Notes under the pieces: model-generated | Databases searched by the model: none | What the model was told of the DNA's origin: nothing | What the model saw: the letters and a program-made list of their open reading frames with translations, nothing else | Source: Antedon mediterranea | Taxonomy: Eukaryota; Animalia; Echinodermata | Length of the DNA stretch: 64,000 bases | NCBI RefSeq assembly: GCF_964355755.1 | Contig: NC_092678.1 | Coordinates: forward strand, 22,709,365 to 22,773,364 | Reading direction: 5' to 3' | Translations under genes and position numbers: made by a program | In this document: piece after piece, positions 1 to 12,700 of the stretch | Layout: each line of letters opens with the position of its first letter | Numbering within the stretch: the stretch's first letter is position 1

Positions 1-125
1 TAGTCCCAAAACAGCATTATATAATTATTGAATTATTACTCCTACTATTATTATTATTATTATTATTACTATTTATTAATACAAAATGTGTATATTAATT
101 GAAAGTTTAAAAAAATAATGCTCAC

Positions 126-200
126 AGTGTGTTATTCCGTCTGCTTGCTAAAAAGATAGGGCCTACTTCGTTATATAACAGTCCACCATTCGTCATTCGT
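126..200 (-). other. Probable non-coding first exon of a further cluster paralog running off the left edge
   Basis: Homologous to the putative 5' exons with GTGAG donors at 4662, 33209 and 41896; donor at 124-125. 420-660 also matches the upstream block at 5810-6090. The 5' boundary is approximate. Confidence 0.55.
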
Positions 201-1164
201 CATTTTGTGTAATGTAATTCAGTCATATATAGAGTAAGCATACTCAGTCGCAAAATGGCTTATGAATTTAAAAATAAACCCATATTTTAACAGAAATGCA
301 GATTATATAGGCATATTCTAATTATTTATATACTCTACTTACTTACTTCTTCCAATTTCCAATGACAGTAGTCTTTATTGCATTCTGTTTTGTGTTTAGT
401 AACAAAAAGACGCTTTTCAATGTTAATAGACCTATGATGTAATTAAGACGTTATACCAAGATGAATGTCTGTTCATTATAATTATTCTTTTCGTTAGCAT
501 GACATTTTGCAACAGTACCTCTAAAATTAGGATTTGCAATGTTTATTAGTAGCCCTAGTTTTAAAACATGCCAAATTTAATTTACGGGTTGACCTATCGA
601 TTTTAAAACCAATAAAAAAACTTAACGAAGCATAACTACAATGCATATTTTATTTAATCAATGCCATTGAGCCCTAAATGATCAGTTCCATTAGGAACTT
701 GATAGGCTACCCTCAGTAAAGATGGTAATAAATAAATAAATAAATAAATAAATAAAAATAACTTGAAATACTTGGCCATAAAACAAATAAATAGTACAAA
801 CCAAGTGATGTTTTTCGGTAATACAGTAATATTATTAAAAGACCACAATTTCAGATAAAGGTTAATTTCATATTTTATTTCATTCTTTTTTCATCTGAAA
901 ACAATTAAAGTTAAAACTATTGCCACTAATAATGATTTAAGGCAATTACCTAAAATGTACGTAAATTCAAATTCTTTAATACATCAAAACAAATTTGATA
1001 AAATTAACATCAAGATAAACGAAGAAAACAAGGAAAATAAAACAAAGAGAAAGAACAAAAAGAAAGTTAATTATGTCTCGTAAATGTACCTTCATTTCTG
1101 GAGAGATACACTTTTTCGTGTTTTTTACAATTTAAAATATTTGAGAATGAATCAATGTGATGCC

Positions 1165-3930
1165 CTAATAATTGCCAACCAGTTTTTCATGAATTTTCTT
1201 AATTCTGTATGGATCCTTGGCTAGTACTTCAATTTCTAATTTATAAACGACATTCCAAATATTTTGTAAGTTATGATGTTTTAGGTTGTAGTAAGAAACC
1301 AAACGTTTTAATGCATCTGTGTCAACTTGTCTCATGGCTTTAAACAGTCGCTTCCGATCATCTGACAACATTGTGTCATCATAATTTTGAAGTTTGTTGT
1401 CCTTCATATACTCTTTTATAAGATTTTCTGCAGGCTTCACTTCTGTTAGCTTCGTAATCTCTAATAATAGACTTACATTAGTAGGTGTGATTAAGCCTTT
1501 TAATTGAAGTGCATTAAACAAGTCATTTCCAATAGCATCTGTAATATCACTAACACTTAAATAATCAATTAGACAGAATCTTAACCAATAATATCTTTCA
1601 CCCTCATAGTATCTACTGAGATCAGCATTCAAGGTTTGAAACTTTGTTTTAGATTCCTTTTTAGATTCTGTAATTTCACTGTATTTTGTTGTGCCTGCCA
1701 AAAAAAACAAAAACAAATTGTATACATTATTTCTATATTAATTCTACTAATTCTGGTTAAAGCTCTTAATCGTTTTAAACACACAGAAGAAATATACAAA
1801 AATAATAACTAACTTTCCGTTCCTTTTCGTTTGTGATCCAAAACTTGACTTTCAAAATAGTGAGATGGATATGAGAATATGTTAGGAATAGCTATTATCA
1901 AGATACCAATGGCCAGTGCTAAAAATATTAAGGCAAACAAAAAATACAAAGTTAATTGTAAGGTTTCACTCCAAAATTTTAGATTAAAGTACAAATTAGT
2001 AATTCATAATTATGATTAATTCACAGTATGAATTGCTTTTTTATGATTGATAGTGAATTTATCGAAAATAATGATAAGTTTTAATGATCAACACTTACCG
2101 GTACATATGGTTATATGCTTCTTACATGATGAAGATATCCAGTGTTCTAAATTTAAATTTAAAAATAAAATTCTAAAATATGTTAAAATATTAAGATAAA
2201 TTTTAAATCATAATAAGCATCCTCATTCCAAATTAATTCCATAGCTAATTCTTCTTCATTAAATTATGATTAATTAGATTTTGATATTTGTGTAATACTT
2301 TCACACGGTCATTATTTACTCAGTTAGGAAATGTATTCACTTAACTGAGAAATACTTCCTCGGGTGATGATTGTACTTTGTTTGTAATTCAATACAATAA
2401 AAATACTTACCATTATGTATAGGCCTATAGTGTTTACGTTTTTCTGTGCCTATAAGAATAAAATTAAATATCAAATGTGTATTATGATTAAAAAAGTTGC
2501 TTTTTGATGAACATTAATCAGGTCTGATCATTTTCATTAAATTTAGTTAACAAAATAAGCTAAAATTTAATGTATATTTCAGGATTACTGCAGAGTAAGT
2601 TCATTTGATGATTACTTCTTCTTCTTTCTTTTTATTATTTGTTATAGAAAAGAAAAAATAAATTAAAAGAGGCTTTTGAATACATTGTATAACATAGGCC
2701 AATGTTACATTGTAAATTCATTAATACACATTTACGATATTCTTTATGCTTACCGATAGGCCTACGTGTAGTTGGTTTAGATTTAGATTTCTGGTTACCT
2801 GTAGGATAGAAACAAAAATATAATACGTATCAAAATTCAAACCAAACAACGTCATTAACCCATGACGTCATTTTTACTCATAACCAATAATATTATTTGA
2901 GTGTCTGACACCATAGATCATTCTCTATGACCAGTGGTTTCTAAGATGATGGAGTGGTTATAAAAAAATACCGCCATTGGATTTATTTTGTAATGGTTTG
3001 CGCCACCTACAGTTCAATATCATCATTACATTATTTTGGTATTCACTGGATTTGCTAATGATTTCTGTCACTGATTAGACTAAGCCTCATACCTGTAGAA
3101 ATTGATGTTGGTGTCGATGCTGAAGTTTGAATAACTGCCGGCTGATACGGTTTGGCTGATACAAAAAGAAATCAAGATAAAATATAAGTTTAAACTAGAC
3201 CAAAAACTATAATAGGAAAATTAAAATCTTAAATTAGATTAAAATTGCTGTTACCTCATTTGATGTTTTGGTTTTATATTTAAAATAAATTGCATACTAT
3301 TACAAATTTGATGTAGTTTAATGACCAAAGCAAATAAACTCAATTTATAATTTGCATCAATGTAATACCAAAGTATCCATGAGTTGTACCCTCTCTATTT
3401 CAAATGTTTGTGTTATGCATACCTAGTAGAATATGTTGTGTCACTTTGTTCAGAAGTTTTGCAAACACTTCAATCTTCTGTTGTGAATCCAGTCTTCCGG
3501 CTTTCTCAATGTGGTATACAGAATCCCATATGTTGTCATAGTTGAAGGCACGCAGTTTGTAAAAACCAGTAACTTTTTTCAAGTCACCTTTTCCAACGTT
3601 TTTAAGCGCTCTAAACAGTGCTCTACGATATTCTGTTAGTGGGCTTACTGTTTTTGTGCATTGAATAATGTTCTTGTATTCTGTTATACACTCTCTTGCT
3701 GAGGCCAGATTAGTTACTTCAGCTATGTCGGACAACAGTTCCACATTATTTTTAGAAATAAATCCATGTTCAGTAAGTTTGTTAAACAGTTCTAAGGCTA
3801 TGTGTGATTGATCTAGATCTCCAATAGGCAGAATACCATATAGAAGCATTCTTAACTCTCTGACTGTCACACCAGTATAGTGTTCGCTAAGGTTTTCCAA
3901 AAAGATTTGGAAATTTAGATTTTCATCCAT
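1165..3930 (-). CDS. Copy 1: NACHT-less DED-DED / linker / TM / DED-DED protein (3' end possibly frameshifted)
   Basis: Exons 3930-3423 (MDENLNFQIFL..), 3155-3093 (63 nt), 2798-2754 (45), 2449-2411 (39), 2146-2099 (48), 1918-1814 (105), 1694-1165, all GT-AG and phase 1. The junction peptide KKHITICTALAIGILIIAIPNIF is TM-like. The last exon resembles the DED exon (LFNALQLKGLITPTNVSLLLEI vs LFNKLTEHGFISKNNVELLSDI). DED assignment is by motif resemblance. Confidence 0.65.
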
Positions 3931-4304
3931 GTTTAATCTATAAACGAAGAAAATAGGCCTACAAATTAGATATACAATTTTCAAATCAAAAAAAAAAAAA
4001 AATTTTTTTTCTTATCGAATTCAGTGTAGGGTCTATATTAGGCATACAGTGGCTTTTTTTGACTAGTTTTGAATTTTTATCGCACCATAATCGAATTTAG
4101 ATTACGTCAGTGAAAAGTGCGACTAACCTGACAAAGCAGAAATACTGTATTGCAAAAAATGTAAGTCAACTGTATGCCAGCACATTTTTCAATACTGTAT
4201 AAAGTGTATTTATTTATTCTAACTATGCATACTCCCAAAACAGCATTATTCATTACTCTTACTATATTAAATAGAAAAATTATTACTCTTACTATATTAA
4301 ATAA

Positions 4305-4650
4305 AAGAAAATCTAAATTTCCAAATTTTCTATCTGATATCATTTCTCCATACAAGCCAAAACGAACTCTGATGTCATCATCTGAGGTTTTACTCAGGCC
4401 TATACCTACACGGCCTTCAACAAAATTGTATGGACAACGTGCCTTTTCGTGGTCAGCTGCTGTTCTCTGGAACGCCCTTCCAAATTATATCAGGAATGCT
4501 GAATCACTCACCACATTCAAACAACTCCTGAAATCCCACCTTTTTAATTTGCATTTTTTGCTCTTCTTTTTTCTGTTGATTGTTCAGCGCTTAGAAGCGT
4601 CCTGCATTTTGCGCTATAGTAAATTGAACATTATTATTATTATTATTAGT
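4305..4650 (+). mobile_element. 5'-truncated L2-group LINE 3' end in intron 1 of copy 1
   Basis: YKPKRTLMSS..GQRAFSWSAAVLWNALPNYIR..FKQLLKSHLF is a typical L2/CR1-group ORF2 C-terminus; (ATT)n tail; absent from the paralogous intron at ~33180. Confidence 0.8.
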
Positions 4651-7399
4651 AAAATGCTCACGGTTTGTGTTTGTGTTATTCCGTCTGCTAGCCTACTTCG
4701 TTAATAAGACAGTCCGCCATATTCGTTTTTCGTCGTTTTGTGACGTATGTATATCCACAGTTTCATAGATCGATACATATAACAATGTAATACTTGATGC
4801 ATACAATATGAGTAACATCGTCATGACCTAAAAAGTAGTTTCATCATAATTATATATTAGAGTGGGCCTACAAGGATTGTAATAATAATTATGTTAATTG
4901 TGATAGCTATATTTTTGCCTACAAAAAATGTTTCTAAGCACATTTATCATATTTTTTCGACGGACGGATTTTATAATGTAAATGCTATCAAAGTAAAATA
5001 TGTTTTTAAATAAATATTTTTATAATAAAAAAATATATAGTTGGATTAACAGTCTTATAATTTAAAATTACATTTACCCACAGCATGTCTGTTATCATAA
5101 ACTAATCATGTTTTATTTATCATATATTATCACGAAAGTTTGGTTTATAATCATTTCAGTTGTTTAATTACACCATAGAGATATTGTCTATATGATTACA
5201 CCTGTAAAGAAACTCAGTTCGAAACCGAATTTCAAATAAACCCATATTTTAACAGGAAATGATTATCTAAAATGCAGATTTAGTGATATTCTATGTTAGG
5301 CCTATGGTGTGTACTTTTTTCTTCCATATTCCCATAAACTATTGCGCTAGGCTTATCCATTGTATTTTGTAACACAACGAAACGTTTCACAATTATTGTA
5401 TTTACTCTGCATTGAGTAGGCCTATTGATATTGCAGATTAAACAACGTTAGCTGAACTAAATAAATTGAAAGGACTGTTATGGTACAGTACGTCCATTCG
5501 TCTTTTATTAATTCACCTACTACTATAATATAATAGTATTGCGTGCTCAATAAACACCATCACCTTAATCAATCCGTTTGTGCTTTCTGTGGTAGTACAT
5601 TCCAGGTCCATTATATCTAACTATAGGAAACTTATAATCCCAACAAAAGCGAATATATTTTCGGAGCTAAATATACTGTTTTGTTGTATGACGTTCTACT
5701 CAGCCTCAATGAAATATAATATTATAATACCAAATTAAAGTATGGTACATACAACAAGGTTCTTGTTTTCGTCGACAGCAAATTATTTTTAATCAAAGGC
5801 ATTGTTATAGTTTTCAATGTTAGTTATGATGTAATTTCCTTTTTGAGGATCAATAAAAGTTATCTTATCTTAATTAAGATGTTATACCAAGATGAATGTC
5901 TGTTCATTATAATTATTGTTTTCGTTGACATTTTGCAACAGTACCTCTAAAATGTATAATTTGCAATGTCTATTAGAATATAGTCCTGGTTTTAAAACAT
6001 GCCAAATGTAATTTACAGGTTGACCTATCGATTTTAAAACCAATACAAAAACGTAACGAAGCATAAATACAATGCATATTTTATTTAATCAAACGCAAAC
6101 AAGATCGTAAAGCAGGAATACTTATATTATAAATTAAAGAAATTAAATATTAATTAAAATTATCCACTTAATATAATATAGGCCTACTGTATACCAACAC
6201 TTTTTTTGCTGTTATATGGGTTTATTTTTAAATTCATAAGCCATTTTACAACGGAGTTTCTTTTATTTTATTGTTGTATTTAATTATTTTGTTATTTCAA
6301 ACGCATCCAACAGCGAGCACAAACTCGCCAATTAGTCCTACAGGATGGATAAACTGTTTAATAGTATCATTTAAGGCTTAAGGAGTGGAGTTGAAAGATT
6401 CGTGATATCGTGCATTCCAGACCAATTATAACTGTAGGGGCTTTACTCCAACAAAGGCAAATTTCTTTTAGACTATAGAATTACAGTTTCTTTTGCCGTT
6501 ACACTTTGCGACGTGGTTTTGTTATGCGCTTCTTCAATTAATACTCAATTGTAATAGCCTATTCAGACAATACATACTTTGACAGCAAACTAACAAATAG
6601 GAAACGAATAATTTTTTTTCATTAAAAGTATTTTATTTTAAAATATTTTTGTATTTTCAAATGTTATTTTAGGCTTACTGTATACAATGTTTCTAAGGAT
6701 ATAAATTGTCTATCTGTCTATCTATAAATAGTTACCCTATTCGCGTTCCATGTTAGTTGGATATATTTGTCCTAACTTTGCCCCAACATGTGCAGTAAAC
6801 TATTAGATGTGTAATATGTCTGTAAATGTCACCTTGTAATTGTGGAGGCCCTACAATTGAATTGTCAGGTTTAGGCTTGTGTAATATTAATTGGGTTCTA
6901 AAATTATGACATTTCACGCCACTACTTTCAATTTTAGCAATTCGTTTTAAATTATTTTGTGTTTGTGTGTTCATAATGTGCAGTAATTAAGGTGTATAGT
7001 TTTTTTGGACAATACGATATCTTTACTGAAGAGATAACAAATATAAATCAATGGTCAGATGCTGACAAAACTACCAATTTCAATTTACATGTACATCTAC
7101 CTACATTGAATATAAAACCATACGAAGCTGTACATTATATAGTTAGTTAAATAATTGAAAAGAAAAACAGACACGTATTTACACAAATTAGTTATTACAA
7201 ATTGAAATATATTAAAATAAATGTTTAAACATAAATTTATTTTTTGTACTATTATAAAAGTCTTTAAAATACTTATTCCACATTATGTTTTCATATATTA
7301 TATAAACTTATAATAATTGAAGGTCAACATTGACATATCCTACATATATTTATAAATTAATATATAATTGTGTTAATTGGGTCCTTGTCAGATTAACTA

Positions 7400-8570
7400 C
7401 AGTATAGTCGATTCCTAATAATGATTCAACAAAGAGTAGAAGAGGGAGGACCGAATATGATTGATTTTCAATCAATGGTAAACGCTTTGAAATTAACTTG
7501 GGTTAAGCGTCTGCTAAGTCCACACCCTGGAAAATTGAAAGTTATTCCGAATCATTGTATGTACAAAACACCTTAGCTTAACCCTAATATTCATTCATTC
7601 ATTCATAGTTAAGTTGAATAATAATGTTGGTATAAATCCAACAAACTACTATGAAATTATAAAACAAAATTTATGGGAAAATAACTTTAAACAAATATTT
7701 TAAATCTTGGATAAACTCTGGATTACACTTTCGCAAAAAAGAAATGGACTAATAGAATACATTTCTTTTGTAAATGAAATTCCAAATGAATGGAAGATGA
7801 TTCAATCAATCAATCAATCAATCAATTCACTTTTATTTCAGAACAAAGTCCATATCATAACAAATAATAATATTTAATAAATAGATGAAAGTAAAGTAGT
7901 ATACCACATGTCGCACATAATAATGCCGTCGGAAAACCGTCGGTTTTCAACTAGGAGTGAAAAAAAAAACACATTATTATGGCTATACTGATACAAATGA
8001 AGTTAATATACAAGATATTAGAAGAAATAGTGATTTTCTGATTAAAAGTAACCGTAAAGCAACTTTCTATTATAATCATTTGATCATTAGCAAAAGTATT
8101 GCTCCGATATCACAAATTAAATGGTGTTTGAAGCTAAACGACAATTATATTAACTGGGATAAAGGAGTGATTTATGTGACAATTGTGGTATTAGTATCGA
8201 AAATGAGCAGGATATGTTTCTTTTATGTATTGTTGTCCAACCAGTATTGATACAATTCAACAAATTAATCAAAAAATGTTTTCCTGAAATCCAAGAAATT
8301 ACTTTTTTAAACATTATTGTTGGAACGTAAATGAACTATTGTCGTTATTTACGTTGATAAGCCAAATTTTTTATTTTTTTATGTATAAAACATTAATGCA
8401 TTGTTTACATTCATGGTATATATGTATTTTTGTGTGTTACTAATTGCCTTTTATCATTTTAACACATTCTTATTCATGGTGTCAACTTATTTGTAAGAAG
8501 TAATAAAAAAAAAAAACATAGTGGAAATAATAAAGGTGGGTTGTTTCCACGAAAGACAATAAAAAATATT
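7400..8570 (+). mobile_element. Degenerate Tx1/L1-group LINE fragment
   Basis: VEEGGPNMIDFQSMVNALKLTWVKRLLSPHPGK matches IEEGGVNMIDF..LKLNWVKRLLSPDPGK of the element at 50561-52143. It has the same 3' hairpin and A-rich end (8536-8567), and is interrupted by an inverted (TCAA)n-tailed fragment near 7800. Confidence 0.75.
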
Positions 8571-8845
8571 AAATATATATATCTCGGTTGGGGCTTTTTC
8601 TCATTTTCACAGATTTCCTCATCTTTATTTTATCTATATATAATTATATCCTCTATATTTATCTTTATTTAAAGTATCTCTTCGGAGATTCCGCTTCGTG
8701 AATAAATTACTGAAAGATGAGGGCGTATCAATTTGATCTCTGGTTCGCGTGCGTCGTACAATTGAGGGACTAGTGCTGTTCCGCCGTACCACGCCGAGAG
8801 TGTTAAAGAGTCGCTATCCAATCGAGTTTGAACAATACCATGAAA

Positions 8846-8900
8846 GCCCCAGTGGTCTAATGGTTAGGACATCTGCATATCAAGCAGAAGCTTCCGAGTT
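8846..8900 (+). mobile_element. tRNA-derived SINE head / truncated pseudo-tRNA
   Basis: A-box TGGTCTAATGGTTAGG and stem TCTGC-7nt-GCAGA; the B-box breaks off after GAGTT. The downstream CACAGATTTCCTCATCT body recurs at ~8608. Confidence 0.5.
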
Positions 8901-9755
8901 TGGGTGACTTTTTTTCATTCTCACAGATTTCCTCATCTCATTTCTCTACATCGAATCTTAGGGACCAAATCAATTGTCCTATTTATCTCCCTTTCTCCCT
9001 AAGCAGAGATTTGTTTCGCCCTAAGCAGAGACTTCTTTTGTTCCTGAACCTAATCTTTTGTCTATGCTTCCCTTTGAGCAGAGGATCGGCGTATATATAT
9101 ATTGTTTCTATAATTTGACAGTATGATTTAAATATAGTTTACACAGTGCTACGCAACACAATTGATTTACATATACACAATATATGTATGCATATATATT
9201 TGTGTAAGAATCATTATTAATAAATTAAAATATTACTTTTTGAGCGTGATACTTTAAACAACAACAATACTGAACGAAATATATAAAGACATATAATTCG
9301 CTGCCAATAAATATATTGTTAAACAGAACAAATTCATATCTACAACTTTCATAAGTTTTTTTTTTAATAGAACCTATAATAGAATAAAAATAGGCTTAGT
9401 TTTACATAAATTTGCATTAAATTGCCTATTTTCAAGCGCGCGATAAGTTTGACATGCATGTGTGTCGCTAATTTGTACATGAAGTTTATGAAAATCGATA
9501 GAATTGAACATGAAAAGTATGAAAAACAGAAATTAATGGGAAAATTCTACGGTACATATGCGTTGCGCGAAACGCATAAAACAACTATTGTTTGACATGC
9601 TCAAATTTACCTGAAATGTGGAAAGGTTGATTCGCACATTTTTTAAACGTGCGTGCGTTTGTGTTCAACACGTCATTTTTACTTTATAGAAAGTTGATCC
9701 TTGATATGAATGTATATAATTTTATAAAATGAATACGCTACTCGGTCATATTATC

Positions 9756-12700
9756 CTAATCAAAGTTGAGCAACCATAAACATATTAACATAACACATAC
9801 ATCCAAATACCCTATAACAATCTCATTAAATCCATATAAGTGATGATTGACCAGAAAAATACAGAAATGATGAGCCAAGTCGCTTATTTTCAAAGTCATT
9901 TGTGAATACTTACTAAAAAGCGTAGTTACCCAAACAAATCTAAATGATTTCCCCATTCTAGAATATGATAGTAAAGTCAGTGAATAATTATTCATATAGT
10001 CACAGTTAGAAGTAACAGTTAAATCATTTTCTAGTGTAACAATAAAGTACACCACTAAAAAAATAACAGATGGCTGATTGTTCAAAATAACTAGCTGTAC
10101 AAAACAGGTCGTCCCTATCATACATAATGTCATGTATTCTTGTGATAATGATACTATTGTTAATGCTATTAAAGAACTGTAATAACCCCATTCTTCTATT
10201 ACTAATGTTAAATTACTGTTTGTTTTTCGTAAAACACACAATGGGATTATTGAGTTATCATTGATATTCTTAAGATCATATCTATTGACAGATATTAAGT
10301 CGTCTTTGATTATTGTACCCTTTCTATAACATTCACTTAGCATATCATTAACAATAATGCCTGTTAAATTACAATAATTCATAGAAAGATGTGTTAAGTT
10401 TGGAAATATAATAAATATATTAGCTAGTGTACTTCCGTTGATTGATGATAGGTCGATATAATTCAAATTAAGAATATTCCATTTAAATTGGTAAGGCGTA
10501 GGTGATATTAACAGACCGTATAGTTGTTCGGCTGATAAAGAATAACGATGCCAAATTAATCCATTTTTTACGTATTCTGGTACTATAAATGCATAAAAAA
10601 CCTTTCCTAATAAATCACTTTTAAACTCTGAAAGATTAGTTTGATTTAAAGGGATAAGGTTTCTTTTTAAATTTAAATAGTTTATATCTACTACATTCAG
10701 CATATCAACAATTTGTGTGCTTGTTAAACTCAAATCAAAATATTGTAAAGCTTTGAAACTATATAATATTTTACCTAATAAAGCTCCGTCGATACATTCA
10801 AGATTTTGCACAAATATACTAAATTTCTTTAATTTGATAAATGTTTCACTATGTTCGCATTTTATTATCATTGACTTAATGCGCTCACACTGTAATCGTT
10901 TTGTTCTTTGTGAATATAAACGTATGCCGATAGCTTCTAGGTTTGCAAAATTTTGAAATAATTCGCACATCTGTAAGCCCTTAGTAAACCTTTTTGAATA
11001 GTATTTGTCATCTTCATAAAACATAAAAGATCACACTTCCTCACCATAATTGTATTTTCTCCATTCGTTTGAAAGAATTTCAAGAGCTTTGTCACCCCAT
11101 TTTTCAAGTAGCTTTATCAAACTTCTATCATAATACATTGGTATACGGTCAAAAACGGCGTGTTCTTCAACATTGTCGTCTATTATCATTGATATGTGTG
11201 CTACAAACATACACACATTATCAGATAACTGATTGTTAGATTCATTTATGATTGAATCTACGTTATTTATTACCTTATTCCTATCTTTTGTAAGTTCATC
11301 TGAGAACATTTTCAGAAGTTGTATCAAGTGCAAATTGTTGCGCCTAAAATATATATTTAATGAATTACCTACATTTTCAAAATCTCTCTTTATTTCTGAA
11401 GCTGTATGTTTATCCAATGATTCCAACACTTTTTTTTCGTGTGATTCATTCACATATTTAAAATATTTTGAAAACGAGTAATAATTTGAGGCCCTGTTTA
11501 CCAACCAGTGTCTCATCAATTTGTCTGCATCGGGGCCTAGAAAACTAATGGTGAAAACTCTTACCATGTGTAAATACGCGTTCGTCCTAAATTTCTCACA
11601 TTCCTCAGAATCCAAAGTATCAATTTTGGTAAACAAGTAAAACCCGGCTAATGCTTCTGACAATAACGTGTGTTGATATCGATAGGTGTCCACATAATTA
11701 TCCTGTACGATAGGATCTTCTTTGTAAACAAACCCAAAGTTTAGCAATAAGTCTACTAAAGTTTTATTTTTTGTAAGCTTATTTAATTCTGTTTCAGGAA
11801 AAGATACTAAATTATTCTGTAAACTATTGTAACTAATGTTTCCTAATATTAGAATTGCATTTTTATACTCACTCGGAATTTTGTCGAAGTCTGTTACTGC
11901 GTTTGTAGTATCAGATCTGCCGCTGTATTGATTTATAAAGGAACGAAATATTTCTTTAAACAAATTTTGAAAATTATCTAGGTTTAGTTCTTTGTGTTGC
12001 CACATACTACACACTTTAAGCAACAAAAATGGTGATGAAAATAGTTCTAATATATATTTGTCATCACCATCCCAAAGATCTCTAGAATCAGAATCAAGTT
12101 TAAACTTCTCAATTAATTTCTGACCCAGTTCTGGCTTTTCAATAGATTGGAAATATCTGTTAATATAGGGCTTTATGTTTTCTACATCGAATCCTTCTAC
12201 TTTTACATGTACGCCATAATATTTATGTAAATGTTCAGTAAATCCCGGTCGTGAAGAAAGAATAACTGTACTGTCTTCCAATTCTTCTCTTTTTAATATC
12301 ATTGGAATATCTACCCCAGATGTTAACTCATCTAATCCATCTATCAGAATAACTAATTCTTTGTCGTGATCTTCTATAAACGTTTTTATAATTGTTTGAT
12401 TGATATGGAGACCTATTTTACGAAAACTTTTTAGTTTAACTTTATTAACTATTGTATCTGTGATTGTTTGACCTGGTTTGATGTCTCTGAGGTTTATGAA
12501 AAATAATATTTTACCAGCAAACGTCATGTCAGAATTTTTCGCCCAGTTATAAGATATATATTGAAGTAATGTTGTCTTACCAATTCCCCCATTTCCAATA
12601 ATCAATACCTTACATGATTCTCTGGACTTTATAATACCCAGTAATTCTTGTACAGATGTGTTCTTTTCTTGTTTCTCTACAGTAGTGTATAGTACTGGAT

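Noticed and set aside
654-848. Hydrophobic 64-aa ORF as the terminal TM exon of copy 1
   Set aside because: Hydrophobicity derives partly from a (TTTA)n microsatellite, and the nearby acceptor (~895) gives DEKRMK-stop in phase 1; unsupported.
8846-8900. Functional tRNA gene
   Set aside because: No complete T-arm/B-box or 3' acceptor strand.
11031-11033. Selenocysteine or programmed readthrough at the TGA
   Set aside because: Paralogs have Arg, Thr, Asp or His here rather than Cys, the +4 base is T, and no SECIS was recognised; a point mutation is simpler.
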